A DNA stretch of 64,000 bases from Camelus dromedarius (taxonomy: Eukaryota). The notes under the pieces are model-generated. The model saw only the letters and a list, made by a program, of their open reading frames with translations, had not been told where the DNA came from and made no database searches. The stretch is from NCBI RefSeq assembly GCF_036321535.1, contig NC_087437.1, forward strand, positions 70,248,001-70,312,000. Reading direction: 5' to 3'. Position 1 is the stretch's first letter. Every line of letters starts with the position of its first letter. This document shows, in pieces, positions 1-12,800 of the stretch. Both the position numbers and the translations under genes were made by a program.

Positions 1-129
1 GGTACCTAGATGAGTATGAGGCTTATGTCAGCCAAAGGCACTTTCCCAATGGGAAACTTCCCAGGATTTCTGCTGGTTGTGAGTACTGCTTTTTCCAGTA
101 TCCATCTCATTTGTCACCCATTATGTAAC

Positions 130-565
130 AGGCATTTGGTTTATGTTGGACTGATACAACCCCAGGAGTAGGTCCTGATTAGTATAAGCCAACCAGGAGA
201 GTTTCTAAATCTCTTGGTCTAGACATTGGTTCCATAATGAGTGATGACTTTAGTTGGTCCTCACAGAATAAAATTTAGAACTTCTGTCCAAACTAGACAT
301 TGGTTCCATAATGAGTGATGACTTTAGTTGGTCCTCACAGAATAAAATTCAGAACTTCTATCCAAAAATTGAGGGAAGGATTTGTTCTCTTACTCTGATG
401 ATGCATCTGTGAGGCCTAGGACCACTGTAACTAGAGCTGACACATAAAGACGGGCTAAGAGAATCCCAGAGAGTTTGATCAAACTACATCCAAAACTGCA
501 CTACATCTGAACGTCTATCTGTTATGTGAGCCAGTATACTTATTATTTAAACCAGTGTGTGCTGA
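130..565 (+). mobile_element. Degenerate MaLR LTR fragment (MLT1I/J/K-like)
   Basis: 3' part 'gttatgtgagccagtatacttattatttaaaccagtgtg' resembles the MLT1 3' motif (tgtgagccaataaa...tttaagccagtttg); boundaries approximate. Confidence 0.5.
219..366. repeat. Tandem duplication, 2 x 74 bp
   Basis: ctagacattggttccataatgagtgatgac...cttct(g/a)tccaaa at 219-292 and 293-366, 2 mismatches. Confidence 0.95.
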
Positions 566-594
566 AGATCACGTATGCCTAAAGTTCTCATTGT

Positions 595-800
595 TATCTT
601 TGCCATTATATGGAGATAGCCTACCAGAGAATAAAGCCAAAGTGAAGAAAAACAAAGCCAGGAAACAGCAGGAGAAACTGATTGCTGGCAAGTGCAAAGA
701 GGTACCTTCTGCATATGTAAGCTAATATAGTATACTTTCTTATTTAAATTAATTTGAGTTGGGTTTCTGCTACTTGCAAATGCAAACTTGTGACTAATTC
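595..800 (+). mobile_element. Second MLT1-like LTR 3' fragment
   Basis: 'gagatagcctaccagagaataaagccaa' and terminal 'tttgagttgggtttctgctacttgcaaa...tgactaattca' typical of old MLT1 ends. Confidence 0.55.
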
Positions 801-1689
801 AGCAGTGTTTCTGTTCTGTATAATTTAGTGCCTCCAAAACTGGATTATTTCTCCAATGATATGGCCATCATAAGAATCGGATTTGGAAACAAAACAAAAC
901 AGAAATAAAGCAAATATCATGATCGTTCAGAAGTAAGTTGAATATAACACAGCCATTGATCAGAAAATCTTAATTTTACTATTCAGGCAAAATAACCAAT
1001 TTGTTGCCTTAAAAAATTGTAATGATTGAAAATTACCAAAAAAAAAAAAAGTTCAAAAAGCATTTCAATATATTTAATTTCATCATCCTCTCAAAACTGG
1101 TTAGGTGCCCATTCTATATGCCCCCACTGGATGATTATTATCTAATCTTACATTCCAATTTCCAAAGGAAGCTTAAGGCTCCCTCTCTTTCCAACACTAC
1201 CATGAATGAAGAAAGATTATGTGGATCAAAGCCACAAGCACTGATGGCTCAGTGCTAAGGGCTGAAAATTCCAGTATGACACAAGAGGTCTGACATCCCC
1301 ATGGTTTCATTCTCTCTGTAGTTATCATTCTGGAAATCTCCTCTCTGAGTGCTTTCTTTATGGTGGGGGGTTCCTCTTCTGGACTTTTCTCCCACGCATC
1401 TATTATTGTCAGAGGAGTTTTGGCCCTTTCTTTCTAAGAGTTTTTCCACCCCTATCACCCTTAGGCCCTGACTAATGGGCTGAATATCAGGGAAGTCAAA
1501 CAAGCAGACCTTAAGTTTGATGGTTAAAATAGAAATTGAAAGAGTGAACAACTGTATTAGATGATATTCAACCAGTCTATCAAAAAAAGAAAAATCTCAA
1601 GAATCAATTATATCTCACAATAAAATATACCTCAACTATAACACAGACGTCAGTCACAGTAAACTATTTGACACTTTCTAAATTCACTA

Positions 1690-1835
1690 TGCTTTTAACT
1701 TCGCTAAGCTTCAACTCATCATTTGTATTAGTGGAGATAATAATTGTACTTATCTCATAAAGCTATTAGAAAAATCAACTAATAGTACATATAGTCCCGA
1801 GGCACATAGTAAGTATTCAGTAAATGTTAGGTATT
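1690..1835 (+). mobile_element. MIR SINE fragment
   Basis: core-like 'ctcatcatttgtattagtggagataataattgtacttatctcata' and tail 'ggcacatagtaagtattcagtaaatgttag'. Confidence 0.65.
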
Positions 1836-4055
1836 CAAACATATCTCCACCATGGCACTTATAAGATTGTAATAGAATTTTCATGTTTCTTTCAGTAGAC
1901 TGTGTGATTAGTGACAGTAGGGACCCTGAATAATTTGTATTTATATATGCAGTATTTAGCAAAATTAGGATGTTCTCAATAAACATATGCTCAATACATA
2001 AATAACTGAATGTTTGGAGTTCAAAGTTCTATCAGCCATGAGGGAGAATGAGAAAAATGCTTTTCCTACAATATTTAAGCCATGTACAAATTATATTTAA
2101 ATCATCATATATAAATGCAAATAACAATGCAATGTGATAATTTTCAACATTTGTGCTTTGCATTCCTACCAAATTCAAATTTTATATTATCTCTGAATTT
2201 GAAGGGTAGGTAATACAGACAACAAGGAAAGCAAGCACTGATTCACTATGTGCAGATTAAAGTAAGTCAGGGTATTCAAAATGAGAATCAGGAAACAAGA
2301 TCTAATGGTTTTCCTTCCCTTTCCCTTGGTCTTCTGCTCCTCTAGGAAAGAACTCAAGTTTACCTCAGACATATGTACCACCTCTCTTACACTGCTGATA
2401 TGGGAAGCACTAAAATGCCTGAGGAGTGACAGGAAATAGAAGAACTAGCAACGGTTGTGATTATATGCTTCTGGATCTTTCATTTAAAAGGAATCACTCC
2501 TCTGTCTGTCCTCCAAATCTAAATCATCCCAATTTCCTGAAAATACAGCCACCTATTTCAAGTGTTTAGTTCCTATGTGTTTTCAACAGTATCTGTCTTT
2601 CAATCAAATCCTTGAACAATTTTAAAGCTCTTGGCTCCAAAACCAGACTTCTGCCCCACAGTGAGCTTATCAGAACTGGCCATAATGACAGATGTGTATG
2701 GATCCAAAAAAAAATTTTCATTCGAATGGCAGTACTGTCACAATTTTGAATATTATTTGCAGTGCATAGTCTATGAAGGCTTGAAGGAAATGGTAAAATT
2801 AGAAGGCAAGGAAAACATTTTTCATGATGACTTGTTTAAAAACAGGATAAAAAGCCTAACATTTCTGGGGAGTTTATGATCTCTAAATAGGCCAAGAAAA
2901 TCAAGTCAAACGTAATATACTTGTATATTCTTAAACAACCAAATGTACTATATATCTTTAAAAGGTGCTGAAAACAGGTATCATACTTTTTTTCTTCAAA
3001 ATACCGGTTCAAATTTAAAAGTTTATTGTTATTTCCCCCTGTGGCTTCTGTACTTTCCAATGATTTTTATGAGGATAGCTGTTTAAATTTGAATCTCAGC
3101 AAGGCAACATGTGTTGAAATTTAAAATGTCCTTGGAATTTAGAGTATCATTCATTTAGATGCATTTCGTAAATCTGGAACATCAAAATTCTAACTAAGAT
3201 GTTAAAGAAACATTGGAGTTACTAAAGGAGGTTTTAAGCAAATCTCTGGAGATTTAATACAAGGCATACTAATTTTTGGCACAGAAAGTTTAGGGGTGCA
3301 CAATTTGAAAAAAAGAAACTAATCTCTCAAATGTCTTTTATGCTTTTCTCTAGCAGGTGATGACCTTTAGTATTTCTTTACCTAGAGGCATGATCCACTT
3401 TTGACAGGGTTCACAAAGTTAGAGACCTCTGTCATGATGTAAAATCATATTCTTCAAGTAAAAACAGGTCACCAAAGGTCCTTCTGTTCCTCTCTGCCAA
3501 TTACAAATAGACAAAAAGTAAAACAACTCTGTTAGAGAATGGGCTTACTGGATCTGTGGAAGGAGAGAAAGAAGAAAGTTGGTTGAGTTCACGGCCTTTC
3601 TTCTGAGTCTAGCTTCCTGGCTGTGATTCTTGATTAGACGCCATTGCATTTTCCATTGGCCTGTGAAAGATATGTAATTCATCTTTGATAAACTGAGCTA
3701 TTGCCAAACTGAAGCCTGTTGCATAATTTCAACAGGTCTTAAAAGAACAGATTTTAAACCTGTTCTCTAAAAAAACAATTAGCAATGTAGAAACCCTCCT
3801 TGCCTTCTCTGCCTAAACCACCCTAACCTTCTGAAAGTCTATACATTAGGAAATAGTCCAGAAATTCTTGATCTATAGAAATTCAGCAGTTTAATCCTTG
3901 GGTTACAGAATTCTATAAAAGAAAGACCAACTCAAGGATTGTTGTTAAGACATGGGGGGTACTATCTAGAATATTAAGTTCAACTTAAAACATGAGAGCC
4001 ATATATTCCTTGGGCCTTCTAGAGAGTATAATGATGACAGTGGCAAGAAGCTTTC

Positions 4056-4549
4056 TGTGGTAGGATGAATAATTGACCCCTGCCTCCAAAGATGTCAATA
4101 TTTTAATCTGCAGAACTTGTGAATGTGTTACATAGCAAAAGGGATTTTGCAGATGTGATTCAGGCTATTGAGATGAGGAGATTATTCTGGATTATCCAGG
4201 TAACCCAGTATAATTATAAGGATCCTCAGAAAAGGGTTAAAGTTAGAAAAAGAAGTTAAACAGAAGTAGAGATAGAGCTATTAGAAACGCTATGCTACAG
4301 GGTTTGAAGATGAAGGATGGGGCCACAAGCCAAGGAATGCAGGCAGCTTCTAGAAACTAGAAAAGGCAAGAAAAAGGATTCTCCCCTAGAACCTCCAGAG
4401 AAGAAACACAGTCCTGCAACATCTTGATTTTAGTCCACTGAGCTTGATATTGGACTTCTGATGTCCAGAACAGTATGACAATAAATTTGTGTTGTTTAAA
4501 GCCACTAAGTTTGTGACCATTTGTTTCAACACAATAGGAAACTAATACA
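4056..4549 (+). mobile_element. Solo MaLR LTR, MLT1D/MLT1C-like, near full length
   Basis: TG...CA termini (tgtggtagg...ggaaactaataca); diagnostic blocks 'gattttgcagatgtgatt', 'gagattattctggattatcc', 'gccaaggaatgcaggcagcttctagaa', 'aataaatttgtgttgttt'. Confidence 0.9.
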
Positions 4550-5379
4550 TCTTCTCTAGTAATGTAAACCTGGTCTGTGAACATTTTTTAACATTAACAG
4601 TGGTCCTCATGTCAACACTGAGGCATTCATTGAACAACAGAGCCTCAAATAGGGAGAACCTTGCTAGGGAAATCACATTTAAATGATTGCTCTTTGGTAC
4701 CATCATAATTTTTTCCTTAGCCAAAATGTGACTTATCCAGTGACAGAATTTGGAGCTGACCTTAGTACAATGAGTGAAATAATTCCATCCTTGCTTGAGA
4801 ATTAGGACACAAAGCTTGCAGGAAAGGGCTTGTTCTGGCCCAGCATATAGTTGAAGCAAGAAATCCTTCTGACGCCACCACCGTGCCAAGGAAAACTCCT
4901 TCTTGCTCTGTCTCTCTGTCTCTCTTTCTGAAAGATCTCCACAACAAAGTCACTATAAGCTATGAAGCCCTGGCTTGTGAGTCTATAATGATACTATACA
5001 GGGAAAGGGGTTTCCACACAATAGAAGTCAGGGTGGGACTAATGTAGTGACATATTTATCAGACACTAAAACACTATTCACCATCAACAGAGACCTATCA
5101 GTTTTCAAAGCAACACTGGATGGAAGCAAAGGCATCAACAGAAACCCTCCCTAGTGAATAAATCATATATTCTGGTCATGACACAATAAATGAAAATGAC
5201 CCACTGGACTTAGTAAGCATCTCTGAAAATCTTAGACTTATCATTGGGACATTCTGAGTTTAGATAAAATTCATACTCATTCTATTACATGATGGTTAGC
5301 AATATTTAATTTGAATATTAAAATATTTGTGACCTGGTTTTGTATGCTTAACTTGGTGAAGTGATTTATATTCATTCAT

Positions 5380-6620
5380 AGGAATTCCAGTTACACTGGA
5401 GTAGCTCATATTAGACTAATTCTGTGTCAGAAACATCTAAAAAACCTGAATAAAATATAAATATATAAAATATTTGTTTGAAGACAATTGATACAGACAA
5501 GGTTGGAGGGACTATGCTTTCTGAGAGAAGGGAAGCACAACAAGGAGAGCTGTAAAGTGAATTTGGCCCTTTCCCTGAGGTATTTCTAATTCACAAACTA
5601 AGGGGACAGAATCTGAGTAGAAAAGACAGGCTCACCGAGAACAGGGAAGAGAAGACAGGGTTTGACTCTGTTAAAGTGACTGAAACTTAAGGGGCAAAAT
5701 TTCAGAGGAAGGAGAGACAGAGAACTAAGTCCAAAACTCTGTATTTGATTTCCCCTTGAAGAGTTTGTAAACTTTTAAGCTATATATGTACAGAGTAACA
5801 AAACAGTAGCTACGAGTCTAGTATTGAGCAGAAATTTCTTGCTTGGGAGACAAAGGATGAAGTTCAGAGTTTGCTAAAATAAAGGAAAACCTGTAAACAC
5901 CAAGAGTTTCATTTGAGATCCTGGAAAGGCTATACCTATGGAAATAAATTTGCCTGAAATACTTGCCTGAATAAACACTAAAACCAAATTTCATAAAGAT
6001 CAAAGTGATCTGTCTGCACTTTGCCTCCCTGAAAAAGCTCAATCTCCATAATTGTTCATCACAATATCAAACATTCAGTAAAAAAAATTTATGAACCACA
6101 CTAAAAATCAGGAATGAATGACTCAAAGAGAAAAAACAACAGAAGCAGGCCCACAGGTGTGGGAGTTTTACTCAACTGTGTTATACTAAATATGTTTAAT
6201 ATGTTTAGAATAAGAGGAAAGGGTGGAAAATTTTAGCATAGAGAGAACTTCTTCAAAAGGAATCAAACAGAAATTCTACAACTGAAAAATACTAGATTTG
6301 AAATTAAAACATTCACTTCTGCCTCCAAACAGGATGTAGAAGATAATAACAGGCCATAACTCCTACTTGAACTAGAAAAAAAATCAGATAAATTATAAAA
6401 ACTGTATTTTTTAAAAACATCAGAAACTTGTGAAAACAAAGGGGAGTTGATGAATTAGAATACTAGAGAGAGAAGAGCTTCTCCCAGGTGAGGTGAATTT
6501 TCCAACTACTTTTTCCTGCGGAGTATCTATTGAGTTTGTGCATGTACTGAGAAGAAGGCTTGCCATAGACAAAGTGACTCTAATAGCATAAAGGGGAAAC
6601 AAGGGGAACTTTAGAAACTT
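5380..6620 (+). mobile_element. Old L1M 5' region / ORF1-proximal fragments
   Basis: A-rich + strand with L1M-like blocks ('aatcaaacagaaattctacaactgaaaaatact', 'acttctgcctccaaacaggatg'); heavily degenerate. Confidence 0.45.
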
Positions 6621-6654
6621 GTATGATCTGGAGTGAACCCCCAAAACACATAGG

Positions 6655-6765
6655 TGCGAATACCAGCAGAACTAGCCCAAATTGCTAACTGACATAATAA
6701 GGAACAAACCAAATGGTAGTTGTCTTATAAGTTTTGGAATAGTTTACTATACAGTGATAGATAAG
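6655..6765 (+). mobile_element. MLT1 LTR 3' end fragment
   Basis: 'gcccaaattgctaact...aaatggtagttgtcttataagttttggaatagtttactatacagtgatagataa'. Confidence 0.45.
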
Positions 6766-6799
6766 GTAAAATGCTAAAATTCCCCAAATGTATGAAGAT

Positions 6800-7950
6800 G
6801 ATTCAGATGTACGTAGCTAAAAAATTTAAAAAAAAATAAATAGATAATTTGAAAGCACAATTACATAAACAAATATATAAACAAAAAATAATCTGCTCAG
6901 TAAGAAATATGGTGCTGTGATAGACACTAATTGTGGAAAGTTTTAAAAGATAAATGATTAAAAATAACACTAATGTAAATTTTAAAAAAAACTTAAGTCT
7001 ACAAGAAATGAGTATCTTTCTAAGAAAATTTTACCAAAATGACTCAGGAAGAGGTAGAAAGGTACAATGACCAAAATCTGTAGAATCAAGAAGATAAAGA
7101 TCTCTCCTTTTTAAAACAATAAAAAACGCCATAAAACATGGTAAAAGACAAAATTTTCCACCTAATTCTAAGAATTCTAGTTTAATAAAAATCTCAAAAT
7201 TGGATATGAAGGCTGAACAAGGTCCATATCACTTATGAGTATCAATCTCTGAAGTCTGAAAATTCCAGAATAAAAATAGTAAATTAAACACATTATTTAT
7301 TAAATAATAATAAATTTTAAAAAAATTATCTAGGAATGGAGGGTGGTTCAACACTAGTAAATCTATCATTATAATTCAATACATTAACAGGATAAAAAAA
7401 TTATGATTACTTGATGTATTTAGAAAAAAACATTTGATAAAATTCAATATTTATTCATGATTTTTAAAATGCATGCTTCGAAAGCTATAATAATATAGCA
7501 ACTTCTTTAAGAGAACTTCCAGCAAGAAACATACTGAAAGGTGCAACATCAAAAATGGAGAAATAAGACAAAGATGCACACTACTGTAACTACTATTCAA
7601 CATTTTGCTGTCACGCTGGTCAACAAAATAAGAAAACAGTTACAAACACTGAAAAAAGAAAAAAAAACCCATCATTGTTAGGAGATGATATGAATTTCGA
7701 CGTAAAATTAAGAGAGTCAACCGATAAATGATAAGGAATAAAAGAGCTCATCAAGATGTCTAGATACAAAGTCAGTATGTAAACACAGTTTTCCCACACA
7801 TAGGAGACAACAGTTAGAAAATATAATTGGAAAATATCCCTTTTTACAATTGTGGAAAATCAACTATAAAACATGCTCAATTGTAACAATGAAACATTGT
7901 GTGATCTATGTAGATAAAACTGTAGAACTGTCAATGTACATCAACTAAGA
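6800..7950 (+). mobile_element. L1M (L1ME-like) ORF2 remnant, reverse-transcriptase region, no intact frame
   Basis: 'ggaatggagggtggttcaacactagtaaatctatc', 'aaaaacatttgataaaattcaatatttattcatga', 'aataagacaaagatgcacactact...ctattcaacatt' match conserved L1 RT nucleotide blocks. Confidence 0.75.
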
Positions 7951-9094
7951 CTTACAAATGTCAAATTGCAAATGACACAAACCGAAGTCAAACCACCTAC
8001 ACCAATTAAAAAAAAATCATTGGGGCTTGTGGTACCAGAATGATAGGGATGCAACTGGTCCCAAGCACAACTAGATCTAAGGACACAAGGAGGTCCCTGA
8101 GCCTTATGCTGAACATTTATTGTTTTTGTTTATCCTATGCTCCTTTTGGGGACTGTTTCACTCAAAACCCAGTCATGTGATTCAGACAGAACTACCAATT
8201 TTAGTGTCTACCTCCTGTTAGCAGGTTGAACACATAATCTAGTCCCTACAAAATCTGAAATTGATTTTTATCTATACTATGTAAACTATAGATTCAATTA
8301 ATTTTATCCCCCATTTTCCTATCATCATCCATTGAGTAGTCTTTTTCCCCCTAAAATCTATGTGAGTGATGTGCAAGATTATCAAATTTCTATTTATGCA
8401 TGAGTCTGCTTGTTTCTGGATTCTCTTTTGTTCCCTTGTTGGGATTGCCTATCCTGGGCTAACACCACAACATTTAATAGATTTCTTCTTCTTCCAATGC
8501 CACCCCTCCCCCGACTCTCCTTTACCTAACATCAACATTCTTTAGCCATTATATTTTCATTATGCAAGTGAGGTTTTGGTGAAAACTTATGGCTTTGATG
8601 TGAATTTCCCACTTAAATCAATGGCTTGGTATAAAAGAGATATCATGCATGGACATGAATATCTGGGTACAGGAAATTAGGAAAATACAAGCCCATGCTA
8701 ATCCAGTGAAATATTACAAAGGGCTTTAGACTTCTTCCATATTTTGGATTTGGTAATTCAAGGCAAGTTTTATATGTTTCCAGGGCCAGAATAACTTGTA
8801 TCGCATCTGGGTTACACATGGATTTATAAAACTCTCCCTTTAGCTGCTTTGGATGTAATTGTCTAACCTTAATTATTGCCATGTTGTTCTAACATATTTT
8901 GATGTTTAACTCAATTTCATTTCACTATGAAAGACTCATTTTTCTTTTAATATTCTGGTACTGGCTCTTATCTGCTCAGGTTAACGGCAAGTATATTATA
9001 GAAAAGTAGCACCTGCCTTTGAATAAATGGCAAAGAATATCAACTGATGTGTATTTCATACGTCTGTGCCTAAGGAAGGGTGTTATATTCTCTA

Positions 9095-9620
9095 ACACAC
9101 CCTTCAAAGACCTCAAGTCACTTCTTCCACTAAAATTTCCCTGATTTCCTACCCCCTCACCAAGATGTAAATTATATTTCTTTCCTGATCTTCCATAGCA
9201 ATTTATTCTACCATTGACATCCTTCTCATTTTGGCTAGTAATATCTTTTTTAATGTATATATATAATTAGTGCCCTTATTAGAATCTAAAGTCCCTTGAC
9301 AGCACAATCTGATCTGCTTAACTTTTGGATTCAGTATAGTGATATGTTCAGTGTATTACAAATATTCTCAAATTCTTAGGAGTTAGGAATTCTCTCTTCT
9401 GTATTCCCATGTTGTATATACCACGTATGTATTTAGCAAAGTAATTAATTCCTTTAGTTCTTTCCCAATACACAAGTGAACTCTGGAGAAAAATGTCATA
9501 TCTTGTTTATCTTTAGTTTCTAAGTTTCTGGCAATTTTAAATGCTCATCTGTATGAGCATATCCTTTTAGTGTGATGAATACATACTTAATATACACTGA
9601 ATGAATGAATGAGTAAATAG
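9095..9620 (+). mobile_element. L2 LINE 3' fragments (probably two)
   Basis: 'ttagaatctaaagtcccttgacagcac', 'gtgaactctggagaaaaatgtcatatcttgtttatcttt', tail (tgaa)n at ~9598-9612. Confidence 0.5.
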
Positions 9621-10667
9621 CATAGTGAAGAAGCACACAGACTTGAGTCTGAAAACAAGCTGACACTTGTGACATGTATAAAGCATTCAAAGGTTCCCCA
9701 CTTGCAACAAGGGAAGAATTCATTTAACACTTGTTTGGCCGCTTTTGACATATTTTTGAAGCTTTATGGGTTGTAAACTATTTAGGACTTGTGAAGGCAA
9801 CAAGTTAGGTACTGAAAGAAATTCCTTATGAAATCCTTCTCTACTGCAAGCATCACTTTTATTTTCATTTTCTATCAATCATGACTTCATCACCCTCACA
9901 TGTTTTGGACCACCTCATTCTTATCGTATTCTTTTTCTCAATTCTGCTAATTGCTAAAGCAGGAAAACATCTCTTTCGCCCTTTGACATGATTATTGAAT
10001 TCTAAAAGCATATTTTTGGATGTTTGTATATTTTCAGTGAGGGGGGTTGGTGGTCAAGGTCTGTACATATGTAATGTAGATATAAAGACTGAAACATTCC
10101 TCACAGACAGAAGCATTCTAACGCTAGATTCTAACATCAGGAGAACTGGTATAATCTTAAATCTGGCAGTTACATCCAAGGCCTCACTTGATCACTAATA
10201 TTGAATTAGAGTATTTCATATTGCTTTCCTAAAGCCTTATCACTATAATTGTAACAACTCTGATGCCCATATATCGAGTAATAGCTTTAAGAACTTGCTG
10301 AAAAGGATGAGTTTTAAGTAGTACTTAGGGTGGCCATTGCACTTTGAAAAAGTTACAAAATTAAACTATTTAAACACTTTTGTTACATTTTACTGAATTT
10401 TCTCATGTGAAGCTGACTATGTACAGAATACAGTCACTACATCACATTTTAGCTAAGATTTATACATAAATTCTAAAATGTTTTTGCTTCCAGACTCAAT
10501 AGCAATTTGTACACTTTACTGGGCTTCAAATTTGACACCTGATGCAATAATTTTGTGGATTCTGAGACCCTCATATATATCCTTCAAAAGATAGATCTAA
10601 TGGTATTTATGAGGTCAAGGCCTTGTACTTTTTTTTTCACTAGTTCCAACTTTTTTTGCTTAGGTTC

Positions 10668-11093
10668 TGCCAAAGACTGCTAATCAAAGCCAGGCATCCA
10701 TGCACTTCCTTGTAAAATCCAGTTTTAGCAAGACACCTCCCACCCCTCATCTAATTACCCCAGATATATGATCAGGTTCCTCATCTTCTACCATTCCCAA
10801 GGTAATTTCTGATATCCCTGGTCTCTCTTCAGCAAGAATCCTGTTAGTACTGTTTAGCCAAAACTCCCCCTTACCCCTGTTTCTTCTTAGCAATTTTCAA
10901 TCCACTGACCCGCACCCTGTTCCTTGGCTAAATTCCCACTTGCCCATTCTATATTTGGAGTTGAGCCAAATCCCTCTCCCCACTCCCATGCAAAACTCAG
11001 TTGCAATAGTCCTATTTTTACCTGTCTCAATGATCCTGAATAAAGTCTGCCTAACCATTTGTAACAAGTATCATGAAGATTTTTTTCTTTAAA
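10668..11093 (+). mobile_element. ERV1-class solo LTR, MER31-like
   Basis: starts tgccaaagact; blocks 'cagcaagaatcctgttag...tttagccaaaactcccccttacccctg', 'ggagttgagccaaatc', 'cctgaataaagtc...ttttttctttaa'. Confidence 0.75.
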
Positions 11094-12289
11094 GCATGCT
11101 GTATGTCCCAGAGAAGCCTAGGATAAAATTTAGGACTTGCGACTATTAAAAGCTATACATCAAATACATGTCCTATAAAAATATTGTTCCGAAATTGCAT
11201 ATAGAGTATACTCTTTGTATGCATGTTATCTTTAATAAAGTCCCTTATTTGGTGATAAACTATTGCTAAGTTCTCTAAATACTGCAACTTTTAATTTTGG
11301 CAGATTTTTTGGGGCGGTGGGTATAGTGAAAAGTGTTTTTTTTTTTGTTTGTTTGTTTTTTTTCATCTTAGCCCTTTTTAGGAATCTTTTTTAGGAATTT
11401 TCCCTGAGCTTCCTGCCGGCCTTAAGCCTCATTTTTCCCCCCATCGCCTGAGTACTGGACCGGCACTTGGTAAGAATTTGGCTCTGGGGAGTGCTATGTT
11501 GAATGACAAATGGATGAGAATGAAGGTTTTATTGAAGCATCTGAACCGCAGTTAATTTTCCATGTTGCTTTATTTGTTCCTTCTAGCCCTCAGGATATTG
11601 AATTCTGTGGGCTCTGGTCGGGTCGTTGGTACTTCAGGCGTTTACTAATAAAAAAACATAATCTGCTTTTCCCGTTAGGATAATATCCTCATTTATATTA
11701 AGGACGGCTTACTCTGAACTGTTTTACATAGTATTTTTCTAAACCTCCTGAACGAACACATTTTCCCGTTGAGCACTGGCATTGCTTCAGCGGCCTCTGG
11801 TGACCTCCTGTCTTGGCAACTGCACCCCACTCCGCCGTACTCAAGCCTGACCCAGCGTGGCCTTGAGCGCCGCCGCCTCGCCAGACCCTCTCTCCCGCTT
11901 TCCCTCCCACTGCCCTGGCTCCAGCTTCCATACAGTCGCCTCAGCCGTCTGCGACAGCGACACCCCCTCCTCGCCTCCCCCGGCTCCCCCCGCGAGCACG
12001 CCGCGCCAGACAGCGGGTAACCGCCGCCTCCGCTGGGGCATCCCGGCTCCACAGGCCTAGCGCGCCCCAGACACCTGCCTCTCACTGGCCGCCGCCGCTG
12101 CCCCTCAGCCGGCAGCCCCCTCGGCAATTGGCCCCAGGCCGTCCCTCGTCATCCTGGGCCTCGCCTCGAGTCCCGCCTCCGTCGCCGGGTCATTTAAGTT
12201 TATCACAAATAAATAAATAAAGGAGGAAATAGAAATGCGTAGAAAGTAAAAGCAGTCGGGAGGGGGCGGGGGCGTGGAGAAAACGAGGA

Positions 12290-12800
12290 GGAGGGGCGGA
12301 GGATAGACAACCAAACTTGATCGTGTCTGTTTTGACCAATCATGACTCACTCTACTCCGGTCTGACGGGCTCTCTCAACCAATAGCCTCCCACCTCTCGG
12401 ATCACTGAACAACGAGATATGACTGACCTCTTCAGAGTGGGCGAAGGTGCGGCAGTCGGGGTGGGGAAATGGGAAGACTGTTGACCAATCGCCTGTTAAC
12501 CATTCTGTGAGCGAAGTTTCCGTGTCCCAATGGGTGTCTGCGATAGCGGATTGGGCCTCTTCTAGCCCAATAGTAGGTGGCAGAGATGAGGGAAGAGGCA
12601 GATGGGGGCGGGGACAGGTAAGGGGAGGAGGAAGAGTGTGTTTTGTTTATGGGCGGCAACCTCACGAGGGGCGTCCCCTTCTTATTGGCTCACTGAAGCC
12701 AAGAGTGGCATGAAAGCAACCCAATAGCAGGAAAATACAGAGGGTTCGCGGCGTGAGGCGCCCAATGTGGGCCTTCTGCCGAAAAAGTAGGGGCGGGGGG
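12290..12800 (+). promoter_or_regulatory. TATA-less core/proximal promoter with nine CCAAT boxes, GC boxes and an AP-1 site
   Basis: CCAAT at 12336, 12379, 12485, 12527, 12567, 12721, 12762; ATTGG at 12550, 12684; TGACTCA at 12343; GGGGCGG at ~12293, ~12606, ~12790. Confidence 0.85.

Noticed and set aside
4051..4554. 5-bp TSD for the MLT1D LTR
   Set aside because: Flanks ctttc and tcttc match only partly; not claimed
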